Shown in pieces: positions 63,858-64,000 of a DNA stretch of 64,000 bases. Source of the DNA: Acidimicrobiales bacterium (GTDB lineage Bacteria; Actinomycetota; Acidimicrobiia; Acidimicrobiales; SZUA-35). The first letter of the stretch is position 1, and the number at the start of each line of letters is the position of its first letter. Both the position numbers and the translations under genes were made by a program. Below the pieces are notes generated by a model, which worked only from the letters and a program-made list of their open reading frames with translations, was not told the DNA's origin and did no database searches. Location: positions 2,981,490 through 3,045,489 of the forward strand of contig CBDHES010000002.1 of assembly GCA_965262175.1 (NCBI GenBank), read 5' to 3'.

Positions 63858-64000
63858 GCGTTCGCTCCTTCGAGGAGGCGCTCGGCCAGGGCGATCCGGT
63901 CGTCGACCTCGTCGGCCAACTCATAGAACTCGCGGGCGAGGTCGGACAGGTTGGCCGGAATCTTGATCCTGGCGTTGATCTGGTTGCTGACCGAGACCGT
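63854..64000 (-). CDS. Partial CDS (C-terminal 48 aa only), possibly a ParA/MinD-like ATPase
   Basis: In-frame to the window edge: ...INARIKIPANLSDLAREFYELADEVDDRIALAERLLEGANA*. Only the tail is visible, so the family is a guess based on position and the AREFYELADEV-type helix. Confidence 0.25.
   Translation of the reverse strand, partial: TVSVSNQINARIKIPANLSDLAREFYELADEVDDRIALAERLLEGANA

Noticed and set aside
1-64000. A search for tRNA, rRNA, IS elements, transposases, integrases, phage genes and toxin-antitoxin or defence cassettes.
   Set aside because: No T-loop-like GGTTCGAATCC contexts or rRNA-like stretches were seen in the few lower-GC gaps. No DDE or tyrosine-recombinase-like ORFs were seen. 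The only mobile element supported is the DnaB intein.

Overview
This is a densely coding, high-GC chromosomal segment that looks actinobacterial. I support about 65 protein-coding genes and found no rRNA, tRNA, CRISPR array, transposase or prophage. Many neighbouring genes overlap by 4 nt (ATGA or GTGA), which indicates operons.

Gene content from left to right:
- A cAMP module: an FHA-adenylate cyclase, a Crp-family regulator and a stand-alone cNMP-binding protein.
- An amino-acid ABC importer.
- An ECF sigma factor with a coupled partner gene.
- An ATP-dependent DNA ligase.
- A NarL-type two-component system.
- An operon of ltaE, acyl-CoA mutase large and small subunits, meaB and a thiolase.
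- A long minus-strand operon of SDR, thioesterase, 2-oxoacid dehydrogenase E1alpha/E1beta/E2/E3 and a hydrolase.
- An OmpR-type two-component system.
- A convergent glycan assembly and export locus at about 33.6-41.7 kb. It contains a 1095-aa GT4-GT4-FkbM fusion, a second methyltransferase, wzm, a wzt with a C-terminal glycan-binding-type domain, and a sulfotransferase.
- The conserved rpsF-ssb-rpsR-rplI-dnaB cluster. dnaB carries a 305-aa intein, and S18 carries a (GDR)9 C-terminal extension.
- A block of PBP1A, DUF5318, CCA enzyme, DUF6049-like protein, Ser/Thr kinase, ECF sigma/anti-sigma, trxB and trxA. By recalled synteny this block is origin-proximal in Actinomycetota.
- A ParA-like fragment followed by a small RHH-like protein sitting where parB is normally found.

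Three genes read as single-event frameshifts: an OmpA-like gene, a class I methyltransferase and an HDAC-like deacetylase. All function calls come from motifs read by eye. No database search was run.
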